A stretch of DNA of 64,000 bases. It comes from an uncultured Acidobacteriota bacterium. Lineage in GTDB: Bacteria > Acidobacteriota > Vicinamibacteria > Vicinamibacterales > 2-12-FULL-66-21. The stretch spans positions 243,016 through 307,015 of the forward strand of contig CAVULC010000002.1 in assembly GCA_963742265.1 (NCBI GenBank). Reading direction: 5' to 3'. Of this stretch, positions 56,518 through 64,000 are shown in pieces (the first letter of the stretch is position 1; each line of letters opens with the position of its first letter). Below the pieces are notes generated by a model, which worked only from the letters and a program-made list of their open reading frames with translations, had not been told where the DNA came from and made no database searches. Both the position numbers and the translations under genes were made by a program.

Positions 56518-58266
56518 ATGCTGACCGTTCTCCTCCTGATGCTGTTTGGCGCGCCGTTCAACCCGCAGGTTGCTGGCGGAACAATTGGCGGCACTGTCCA
56601 GGGGCTTCCCGCGCCCCAGGGGCCACCGCGAGACCAGGCGCAGCGACCGGTTACCGGGAACAGCTCGATCAGCGGTCGCGTGGCGACCGCTGACAGTGGC
56701 ATGCCGGTCCGGCGCGCGACGATCAGCCTGTCGGGCACGTCAGTCCCCAGGCGCTCGGTGTATACGGACGCGGAAGGACGCTATGCGTTCACCGGGTTGC
56801 CGGCTGGGACCTACCAGTTGAACGCATCTCCCGGTACGCAACGCGGCCATTATCTCGCGGCTGCTTACGGGCCGACCGCGACCGGCCCGCTCGTGCGTCC
56901 GACCCCGATCGAGCTGGCCGCCGGGCAGCAGATGACTGATGTCAACATCGCGCTGCCGCGGGGCTCGGCGATATCGGGAACAGTCACCGACGAGAGCGGC
57001 GAACCGCTCGCCCGCGTACAGGTGAGCGCAATGCTGGTTCGGCGGGGCGGTGAGCCGATGCAGACAGGCGGCGCGCAGACCGACGATCACGGACGGTACA
57101 GGCTCTTCGGACTGCAGCCCGGTGAATACACGGTCGTCGCCGAGGCCCGGGACTTCGGCGGCACGGAAGTGCAAGGTGAAGCAGTCGGCTTCGCGCGCGC
57201 CTACGCACCCGGAACACCCAGCCTTCTGCAGGCGCAACGGGTCAGGCTCACCCGAGGCACCGAAGCGAGCGCCGACATACGTCTCGGCGAGACCCCGCTC
57301 TTCAAAATCACTGGCAGGGTCATGGACTCCTCCGGTCAGCCGGTGCGGCCCCAGTCGGTTTCCGTGCAGTCGACGGCAGAAGGATCGCGCAACGGATTTG
57401 GCTTCTCCACGAGGAACAACAACCTGGAATTCACCGTTGGGGGACTTCCCGCAGGTCAGTACGAGATCACGGTGAGGCATGATCCCGGGCGTGCGGTGAT
57501 GACCGGCTCGATGGGCGGGTCCGGCGGTCCGCCGCCGCCTCCTCCCCCGCCGGGCCCCGGCGCCGATAGTCGCGTGGAGATGGCCTCGATGGTCATCGAC
57601 GTGTCGGCTGACGTTGAGGGCGTCGTCCTGATCACGCAGCCGGGCGCAACTGTCTCAGGGGAGTTCGTGTTCGAAGAGCCCGCCGAGGGTCGCCGTGCGC
57701 AGGTATCCACGGTAAATGCCGGCCGGCCGAACGCGATGACGAATCCAGCCAGCGCCGAGGTGACAGAGAACGGTTTCACGCTGAAGGGGCTCTTCGGTCC
57801 GGTTCTCATCCGCGGCACGGTGAATGGTCCGGGGTGGGCGTTGAAGGCCGTCCTGTTGAACGGCAAGGACATCACCGACGTGCCGACCACACTGACGACG
57901 AAAGACAGCGGCCATCTCCAGGTGGTGTTCACGTCTCGCGCGGCGGCGATCGAGGCGCTGGTGACCGATGCGTCGGGCAAGCCGACGCGCGAAAGTATTG
58001 TCGTTGTCTTCGGGCGAGACGAGCAGACGTGGGTCACGCGCTCGTCGATGACTCGAATCGTGGGCCCGGACAAAGACGGGAAACTGACGGTTCGAGGACT
58101 TCGCGACGGGGAATACTACGCGGTTGCAGTTGCACCAGAGGATTGGACGAACATCGGCAACCCGGATACGGAAATGCTGAGGGACTTGAGCAAGGTGGCG
58201 ACTCGTGTCTCCGTGACCGCAGGCGAGACGCGCACCGTCGATCTGATGGTCACCAGGCTGCAGTAG
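56518..58266 (+). CDS. secreted CarboxypepD_reg-like domain protein, paralog B
   Basis: Intact 582-aa ORF. ISGRVATADSGMPVRRATISLSG..TDAEGRYAFTGLPAGTYQLNA, ISGTVTDESGEPLARVQVSAM..TDDHGRYRLFGLQPGEYTVVA, ITGRVMDSSGQPV. C-terminal ..LRDGEYYAVAVAPEDWTNIGNPDTEMLRDL.. is collinear with paralog A. Confidence 0.8.
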   Translation: MLTVLLLMLFGAPFNPQVAGGTIGGTVQGLPAPQGPPRDQAQRPVTGNSSISGRVATADSGMPVRRATISLSGTSVPRRSVYTDAEGRYAFTGLPAGTYQLNASPGTQRGHYLAAAYGPTATGPLVRPTPIELAAGQQMTDVNIALPRGSAISGTVTDESGEPLARVQVSAMLVRRGGEPMQTGGAQTDDHGRYRLFGLQPGEYTVVAEARDFGGTEVQGEAVGFARAYAPGTPSLLQAQRVRLTRGTEASADIRLGETPLFKITGRVMDSSGQPVRPQSVSVQSTAEGSRNGFGFSTRNNNLEFTVGGLPAGQYEITVRHDPGRAVMTGSMGGSGGPPPPPPPPGPGADSRVEMASMVIDVSADVEGVVLITQPGATVSGEFVFEEPAEGRRAQVSTVNAGRPNAMTNPASAEVTENGFTLKGLFGPVLIRGTVNGPGWALKAVLLNGKDITDVPTTLTTKDSGHLQVVFTSRAAAIEALVTDASGKPTRESIVVVFGRDEQTWVTRSSMTRIVGPDKDGKLTVRGLRDGEYYAVAVAPEDWTNIGNPDTEMLRDLSKVATRVSVTAGETRTVDLMVTRLQ

Positions 58267-58635
58267 TCAGTACCGCGACGGGCTCTCCCCGATGCTGATG
58301 ATGCTGCACGCCTGGATCACATTCAGCCCGAGGCGGCTCGCGCGCTGAACTACATCATCGTCGTCGGCCCCAGGGTTGAGCCAGACTTCGGGGACTCCTT
58401 TCTTCGCGAGATCCTCCATCACCGTCACGCCGGCGTAGGCGGGCACGTACACGGTCGCCATGTCGATGTCCCCGGGCACATCGAGCACCGACCGGTAGGC
58501 GCGGTGCCCTTCCACCTCGGTTGCTGTCGGGTGAATCGGGATCACGCGGTATCCCTGGTGCTCGAAGGCGCGGAGCGCCTTGTTACCGAACTTGTGGCGG
58601 TTTCGTGAAGCCCCGATGACGGCGACGCTCTTCAT
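58267..58635 (-). CDS. CoA-binding domain protein (YccU-like)
   Basis: MKSVAVIGASRNRHKFGNKALRAFEHQGYRVIPIHP..VPEVWLNPGA. Confidence 0.8.
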   Translation of the reverse strand: MKSVAVIGASRNRHKFGNKALRAFEHQGYRVIPIHPTATEVEGHRAYRSVLDVPGDIDMATVYVPAYAGVTVMEDLAKKGVPEVWLNPGADDDDVVQRASRLGLNVIQACSIISIGESPSRY

Positions 58636-58657
58636 TCGCCCATCGTACAATCGATAC

Positions 58658-59776
58658 ATGCCCTCCCTCGCTGAAGTTCTCGGAGCGAGAACGGTCGAGG
58701 CCGCACCGGAACTGGTCGAGCCGATCAGCGGATCCCGGCTACGGTGCTACGGCTGCGGCCACGAGTGCCCCATACCTGATGGAGCGGTAGGGGTCTGCAA
58801 GGTCAGGTTCAATCGCGGCGGCAAGCTCATGGTGCCGTGGGGTTACGTCGGCGGGCTCCAATGCGATCCAATCGAGAAGAAGCCGTTCTTTCACGCGCGC
58901 CCTGGAGCCCTGGCGTTCAGCTTCGGGATGCTCGGCTGCGATCTCCACTGCTCCTATTGCCAGAACTGGGTCACGTCGCAGGCGCTGCGTGATCCGCACG
59001 CCGTCGCGCCGCCGATGGATGTTCGTCCCGAACAGCTGGCGGCGGAAGCGGTGCAGCTCGGCGCGAGGGTCGTGGTGAGCACCTATAACGAGCCGTTGAT
59101 CACCAGCGAATGGGCCGTATCGGTCTTCAAGGAGGCACGTGGCGCGGGCCTGATGACCGGCTATGTGTCGAACGGCAACGGTACGCCCCGCGTTCTCGAT
59201 TACATTCGGCCGTGGATCGACCTTTACAAGGTGGATCTCAAGAGCTTCGACGACAAGCATTATCGCCAGCTGGGCGGACGTCTCGAACCGATCCTGGCAA
59301 CGATCCGCGCACTGCACGCGATGAATGTCTGGCTGGAAATTGTCACGCTGTTGATCCCCGGATTCAACAGTTCCGATGACGAACTCGATCGCCTGACCTC
59401 GTTCATCGCCAGTGTGTCCCCGGACATTCCGTGGCACGTCACCGCGTTTCACAAGGACTACCGGATGAACGATCCGGAGAACACGACGCCGGAGATGCTG
59501 ATCCACGCCGCGGCGATCGCCGCTCGCAACGGCCTTCGCTATGTGTACGCCGGCAACATTCCAGGACGTGTCGGCGACCTGGAACACACGCGATGTCATC
59601 ACTGCCGCGCGATGCTGGTGGAACGCTACGGCTACTTCATCCAGTCGTATCGTCTTACGCCCGACGGCACGTGCCCCGATTGCGACACGTCGATTCCGGG
59701 GCGATGGGGCCGCCAGTTCGATGGACAAATCTCTGCATCCCCATTCCTCCCCGGCCGGCGCTTGAGAGTGCTGTAG
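58658..59776 (+). CDS. AmmeMemoRadiSam-system radical SAM enzyme
   Basis: N-terminal CYGCGHECPIPDGAVGVCKVRFN..DPIEKKPFFH and radical-SAM cluster motif CDLHCSYCQNW. C-terminal ..RCHHCRAMLVER..DGTCPDCDTSIPGRW. Start taken at MPSLAEVL. Confidence 0.8.
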   Translation: MPSLAEVLGARTVEAAPELVEPISGSRLRCYGCGHECPIPDGAVGVCKVRFNRGGKLMVPWGYVGGLQCDPIEKKPFFHARPGALAFSFGMLGCDLHCSYCQNWVTSQALRDPHAVAPPMDVRPEQLAAEAVQLGARVVVSTYNEPLITSEWAVSVFKEARGAGLMTGYVSNGNGTPRVLDYIRPWIDLYKVDLKSFDDKHYRQLGGRLEPILATIRALHAMNVWLEIVTLLIPGFNSSDDELDRLTSFIASVSPDIPWHVTAFHKDYRMNDPENTTPEMLIHAAAIAARNGLRYVYAGNIPGRVGDLEHTRCHHCRAMLVERYGYFIQSYRLTPDGTCPDCDTSIPGRWGRQFDGQISASPFLPGRRLRVL

Positions 59777-59780
59777 CCAG

Positions 59781-59807
59781 TCGTAGTGCAGCCCTTCAGG
59801 GCTGCCC
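59781..59807. repeat. REP-like hairpin between convergent genes (possible bidirectional terminator)
   Basis: TCGTAGT-GCAGCCC-ttca-GGGCTGC-CC, located between the radical-SAM stop (59776) and the DsbA-like stop (59809). It is the near-identical reverse complement of 8132..8159. Confidence 0.75.
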
Positions 59808-59808
59808 G

Positions 59809-60603
59809 TCAACGCAGCAGCGGGTCGAGCGCAGCTTTGAAGTCCGCGAACGGACGCGCGCCGTAGACGTAGCTGACGACCTTCATCGGTTGCCCGGGTG
59901 CGGGCGTCAGTCCGATGAGGGTCAGGGGCGTTCCCCCCACGCCGAGCTGCTCCATCCGCGCCACGCTGGCCTTTACCTGCGACGTGTAGCGGCCTGATGA
60001 GAGGCAGGATGAGAAAGCGGAAATGTTGACGCCCAGAGACTGTGCCTGTGCGGTCAACGCGGCATCGTCCTTCGCCGGCGCATTGGCGAACAGACTGTTG
60101 TGCATCTCCCAGTACTTGCCCTGCTCCCCTGCGCAGGCGGCCGCTTCGTGGGCGCGGGCCGACGCCGGGTGGAGCTGCGCGATCGGATAGTCGACGAACA
60201 AATACCGCACCTTGCCGGTCTTGATGTACTCCTCACTCAGCTGCGGGAAGGTTTGCTGCGTCTGGCGACGGCAATACGGACAGTGATAGTCCGACACCTC
60301 CATGATCGTGATCTTGGCGGTCGGCGATCCCTGTGACGGCTTGCCCTCAGTCGGCAGTGTCGCGCCGACCACGCCCGGCATCGGCGGATCCTGCGCGGCA
60401 CCCTGCTGCGCCGCACCGGTCACCTGCGCGAGAAAGTTCTTGATCGCCTGCAGGTCGCGTTGCATCGCGGCCTGCTGTTCCTTCATCGCCGCGATCTCCC
60501 GTCTGAGCGCGGCGATTTCTTCGGAAGGGTTCTGCGGCGGCGACAGTGACACGAGCGCCAGGAGTGAAACCGTCGCGAGTCTGGTCAACATGGATCTCTG
60601 CAA
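59809..60603 (-). CDS. DsbA-family thiol:disulfide oxidoreductase with an N-terminal coiled coil
   Basis: Signal peptide, EEIAALRREIAAMKEQQAAMQRDLQAIKNFL, thioredoxin-fold active site SDYHCPYCRR, and ..QLGVGGTPLTLIG. Confidence 0.8.
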   Translation of the reverse strand: MQRSMLTRLATVSLLALVSLSPPQNPSEEIAALRREIAAMKEQQAAMQRDLQAIKNFLAQVTGAAQQGAAQDPPMPGVVGATLPTEGKPSQGSPTAKITIMEVSDYHCPYCRRQTQQTFPQLSEEYIKTGKVRYLFVDYPIAQLHPASARAHEAAACAGEQGKYWEMHNSLFANAPAKDDAALTAQAQSLGVNISAFSSCLSSGRYTSQVKASVARMEQLGVGGTPLTLIGLTPAPGQPMKVVSYVYGARPFADFKAALDPLLR

Positions 60604-60633
60604 ATGTATCAGGATTGGCCGGCGTCGGCCTGC

Positions 60634-61200
60634 CTACGGAGCCTTTCGGCTCATCCGGAGAATGGCAACAGGCGGGGTCAGGTTCTGCCCGTCGGCCGGC
60701 GAGGCCTGGATCTTGCGCACGACATCCATTCCTTTCACCACGCGACCGAAGGCCGCAAATCCCTGTCCGTCTGGATTGCGTTTGCCGCCGAAATCCAGTT
60801 CCGGTTGCTTGCCGATGCAGATGAAGAACTGGTCCCTCGCGCTATCGGGTTCGCTGCGGGCCATCGACACCACTCCGTCTTCATGGGTCAGTGTCGTGAC
60901 GCTGGTGCGTTCGAGCGGGATCGGTGGCAGGAACTCGCGCGTCCGCGCCGCGCTGGCACCCGCCTGGATCACCTCGATCTTGACGTTCTTGTCAGGCTGG
61001 TTGTCCATTCTGACGGTGCGGTGAAATCTCCCGCCGTCGTACATCTTCGCGTCGACGTACTCGAGAAAGTTGGCCGAGGTCGCGGGGGCATGCGCGGTGT
61101 CGACTTCGATTTCGATCTCGCCGAGATCGGTTTCGAGCACGACGTGCGGGAGAGCTGCCTGGCTTGCGAAGAGCGCGAGCAGCAGCACGATCAGTGTCAT
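60634..61200 (-). CDS. cyclophilin-type peptidyl-prolyl cis-trans isomerase (secreted)
   Basis: VVLETDLGEIEIEVDTAHAPATSANFLEYV..GRFHRTV.., FFICIGKQPELDF..GFAAFGRVVKGMDVVRKI. Confidence 0.85.
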   Translation of the reverse strand: MTLIVLLLALFASQAALPHVVLETDLGEIEIEVDTAHAPATSANFLEYVDAKMYDGGRFHRTVRMDNQPDKNVKIEVIQAGASAARTREFLPPIPLERTSVTTLTHEDGVVSMARSEPDSARDQFFICIGKQPELDFGGKRNPDGQGFAAFGRVVKGMDVVRKIQASPADGQNLTPPVAILRMSRKAP

Positions 61201-62582
61201 TGCGGGAAGATCTTTCCTGGGTTGAGAAGGTTGCGCGGATCGAACGCCGCCTTGACGCGCTTCATCAGTGCGATCTCATCGGGTGAGAGCTCCATCTCGA
61301 TGAACGGCGCCTTGGCGAAGCCGATGCCGTGTTCCCCGCTGATCGATCCTTCGAGCGCGACGACGCCTTCGAAGAGAACCTTCTCCGCCTCGTGAGCGCC
61401 TGCGATCTCTTCGGCGTCATCCGGTGTCACCATGATGTTGACGTGGATATTACCGTCGCCGGCGTGGCCGAACAGCGGAATCCGCAGACCGTAGGCCTGC
61501 CGGATCCGGGCCACCAAGGCGAAGAGCTCAGGGATCCGCCCTTTCGGCACGACTACGTCGTGATTGAACTTCAACGGCGACACCATTTTCAACGAGAACG
61601 AGAGCTCCCGGCGCACGCGCCATAACTCCTGGCGCTCTTCATCCCCGGCGGATCGGATGACTTCGGTGGCGCCGGCGGTTCTGCAGGCATGTTCAACCCG
61701 GCCCGCCTCCTCGTTGACAGCCTCCGGTGTCCCATCGACGTCGAGCAGCAGGAGTGCCCCGGTGCCGGCCGGCGCGAGCGCGTTGGTCTGGAGATAGCGG
61801 GCGACGGCATCGAGCGATTCACCGTCGATCAACTCTACCGCCGCGGGAATCACGCGCTGCCGGATCACTTCGCTCACAGCCGCGACCGCGCCTTCGACGT
61901 CGGCGAAGGTCGCTCGCAAGGTGACCTGCACGGGCGGCTTCGGTACCAGGCGCAGAATGATCTTGGTGATGATGGCCAGCGTTCCCTCGGATCCGACCAG
62001 CAGTTGCGTCAGATCGTAGCCGACCACGTTCTTGACGACCTTGCCGCCGGTTTCGATCACTTCGCCGGTGGGCAGCACGGCTTCGAGTCCGAGAACGTAG
62101 CGTTTCGTCGTGCCGTACTTGAATGCGCGCGGACCGCCGGCGCATTCGGCGACGTTGCCGCCGATCGCGGATTGCTTCAGCGACGCGGGATCGGGTGGGT
62201 AGAACAGGCCGAGCTTTTCGACCTCGGTCTGCAGATCCCCGGTGACGACGTTTGGCTGCACGACCGCGACCAGGTTCGCCTCGTCGATTTCCAGGATCCG
62301 GTTCATGCGCTCGAGCGAGATGACGATTCCACCCTGGAGCGGCACGGCCCCGCCTGTATAGCCACTCCCCGCTCCGCGCGGCACGAACGGCACGTCGTGC
62401 TCGGCGCACAGGCGAACCACGCCGGCGACTTCGCTGGTATCGGCCGGCGACACCACCGCGTCGGCAGGATGGCCGCGCTTCAGCGCGTCGGTGCCGTAGG
62501 CGAGCAGCGACGGCTCATCCGTCCGCACGTGAGCGTCGCCGACGAGGGCGATCAGTGAGGAAACGAGTTCGTTGAGGGACAT
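61197..62582 (-). CDS. glcD: FAD-linked oxidase, glycolate oxidase subunit GlcD-like
   Basis: Start at MSLNELVSSLIALVG (ATG at 62582). FAD-binding PCMH domain VVSPADTSEVAGVVRLCAEHDVPFVPRGAGSGYTGGAVP. C-terminal GSISGEHGIGFAK. The N-terminal 109 aa of the ORF-track product look non-coding (Arg/Ala/Gly-rich). Confidence 0.8.
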   Translation of the reverse strand: MSLNELVSSLIALVGDAHVRTDEPSLLAYGTDALKRGHPADAVVSPADTSEVAGVVRLCAEHDVPFVPRGAGSGYTGGAVPLQGGIVISLERMNRILEIDEANLVAVVQPNVVTGDLQTEVEKLGLFYPPDPASLKQSAIGGNVAECAGGPRAFKYGTTKRYVLGLEAVLPTGEVIETGGKVVKNVVGYDLTQLLVGSEGTLAIITKIILRLVPKPPVQVTLRATFADVEGAVAAVSEVIRQRVIPAAVELIDGESLDAVARYLQTNALAPAGTGALLLLDVDGTPEAVNEEAGRVEHACRTAGATEVIRSAGDEERQELWRVRRELSFSLKMVSPLKFNHDVVVPKGRIPELFALVARIRQAYGLRIPLFGHAGDGNIHVNIMVTPDDAEEIAGAHEAEKVLFEGVVALEGSISGEHGIGFAKAPFIEMELSPDEIALMKRVKAAFDPRNLLNPGKIFPQ

Positions 62583-62608
62583 TGCTGGACGGAAGAATCC
62601 GCCGACCG

Positions 62609-63814
62609 CTACGCTCCCGCAGCGGCGCGCGGACGCCCGTCCATCGCGTGAACGAAACTGATGATGCGTTCGACGCCGCGTTCCAGTTCCTTCATCGACG
62701 TCGCATACGAGATGCGCACGAAGCCGGGCGCATCGAATGCCTCGCCCGGTGTCAGTGCGACGCGCGCCTCGTCGAGTAGTGCCTGCGCCAGCTGCGCCGA
62801 CGTCCGGATTCCGTTGGCCGAGAGAATGTCGGATACGTCCACGAACAGGTAGAACGCGCCGGCCGGCGTCTGCGCCCGCAGCCGCGGCTCGGCGGCCAGC
62901 CATCGGCACAGTTGATCGCGCCGGCGCCGGTATTCATCGAGCATTTCGGTGACGCATTCCTGCGGACCCGTCAGTGCAGCCGTCACGGCTTTCTGGGTGA
63001 TCGAGCACACGTTGGATGTGGAGTGACTCTGGATCGCGTTGCTCGCGCCCACGACCTCGGCCGGTGCGAGCGCCCAGCCGCAGCGCCAGCCGGTCATCGC
63101 ATACGCCTTCGAGGCCGAGCCGCACAGCACCGTCCGGTTCTTCATGCGGGACGTGAGGACCGCCGGAAGATTGTGCGCCACCGGATCGTAGATCAGTCGC
63201 TCGTAACAGAGATCCAGCAGGATCCAGATGTCCCGTCGAGCCGCCTCGTCGGCGATTGCCGCCAGGTCCTGTTCGCTGATCAACGCTCCGGTCGGATTAC
63301 CCGGCGAATTGATCACGACGCCACGCGTTCGCGGCGTCAACGCACGCAGGACCGTGTCGGCGTTGAGGCGGAACCCTTCCTCCGCCTGTGTACGCACCAC
63401 CACGGGCGTCGCGTCCGCGAGCTTGATCTGCTCGACGAGCGTCGGCCATCCCGGCATGTGCGTGATCACTTCGTCGCCGGGGCCGAACAGTGACAGCGCG
63501 GAATTGTAGAGCGCCTGCTTGCCGCCCGCAGTGATGATCACTTCTGCCGGCGTGTAGTCGACCCCGTAGTCAGCGCGGTAGCGGCCGCACACGGCCTGCT
63601 TCAGTTCGTCGGTTCCCGAGTTGGTCGTGTACTTCGTGAAGTTGGCGTCGATTGCGGCATGGGCGGCTGCCGCAATGTGCTTTGGTGTCGGGAAGTCCGG
63701 TTCTCCCGCACCGAAATCGACGATATCGACTCCCTGCGCTTTCAGCCGCATCGCCTCGGCGGCGACTTTCATCGTCGGCGACGTTCCAATCGATTTCGTA
63801 CGTTGCGACAACAT
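62609..63814 (-). CDS. aspartate/aromatic aminotransferase, class I PLP enzyme
   Basis: DFGAGEPDFPTP, VINSPGNPTG, and PLP-lysine motif SASKAYAMTGWRCGW. Confidence 0.85.
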   Translation of the reverse strand: MLSQRTKSIGTSPTMKVAAEAMRLKAQGVDIVDFGAGEPDFPTPKHIAAAAHAAIDANFTKYTTNSGTDELKQAVCGRYRADYGVDYTPAEVIITAGGKQALYNSALSLFGPGDEVITHMPGWPTLVEQIKLADATPVVVRTQAEEGFRLNADTVLRALTPRTRGVVINSPGNPTGALISEQDLAAIADEAARRDIWILLDLCYERLIYDPVAHNLPAVLTSRMKNRTVLCGSASKAYAMTGWRCGWALAPAEVVGASNAIQSHSTSNVCSITQKAVTAALTGPQECVTEMLDEYRRRRDQLCRWLAAEPRLRAQTPAGAFYLFVDVSDILSANGIRTSAQLAQALLDEARVALTPGEAFDAPGFVRISYATSMKELERGVERIISFVHAMDGRPRAAAGA

Positions 63815-63816
63815 CG

Positions 63817-64000
63817 TTATGCCTTCAGGGTCTCGCGGGCCATCTTCTTTTCGCGCAATCGTTCCTCGACCAGCGTGGGCACCAGGCCGGTGACGGTGCC
63901 GCCGAGCGCGACGACTTCCTTGACCAGGCGCGAACTGACGTAGGTGTATGGTTCTGCGGGCATCATGAACACCGTCTCGACGTCAGGGCTCAACCGGCGG
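63817..64000 (-). CDS. coaD: phosphopantetheine adenylyltransferase, C-terminal part (5' end outside the window)
   Basis: Absent from the ORF track (truncated by the window edge). The minus strand reads ..ETVFMMPAEPYTYVSSRLVKEVVALGGTVTGLVPTLVEERLREKKMARETLKA* with its stop at 63817-63819. Confidence 0.8.
   Translation of the reverse strand, partial: RRLSPDVETVFMMPAEPYTYVSSRLVKEVVALGGTVTGLVPTLVEERLREKKMARETLKA

Overview
GC-rich bacterial chromosomal window. The gene content (a TIGR03436-type VWA protein, CarboxypepD_reg proteins, a BlaR1-TonB fusion, a BACON-like repeat protein) suggests Acidobacteriota, but that is inference only. I can support about 50 protein genes and 2 tRNAs (Arg-CCT, Pro-CGG). 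I saw no rRNA, CRISPR array, transposase, integrase or phage gene. Most genes are housekeeping or envelope functions: pssA-psd, rimI-tsaB, mutS, speB, apt, acyP, urate oxidase, surE, hemH, clpB, ftsH, coaD, aminotransferases and glcD.

Major caveat: many conserved genes are broken by single-base frame changes. These include tsaB, rimI, mutS (7 changes), speB, a sigma-54 activator, apt, acyP, clpB, ftsH and cheR. The breaks are densest in 7.3-21.4 kb, while stretches of up to 9.5 kb elsewhere are clean. I read them as assembly indel errors and annotate the reconstructed genes, so those coordinates span several ORF-track fragments.

No single region is clearly a new system. The best candidates for a second look:
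- An orphan REC / CheR-PAS / PAS / CheB module (52.3-56.4 kb) with no CheA, CheW or MCP nearby. Its Glu-rich heptad coiled coil resembles MCP methylation sites.
- A secreted protein with 13 tandem 258-bp BACON-like repeats (26.3-30.0 kb).
- A single-chain HExxH peptidase-like + TolB-propeller + Omp85-barrel protein (11.4-14.2 kb).
- A HAIR-like operator in front of an hspR-cbpA-clpB-ftsH string.
- Two small non-coding repeat types: a 27-nt REP-like hairpin with near-identical copies 51 kb apart (one inside tsaB), and arrays of 7-8-nt tandem units at four loci (one inside an MFS transporter gene).
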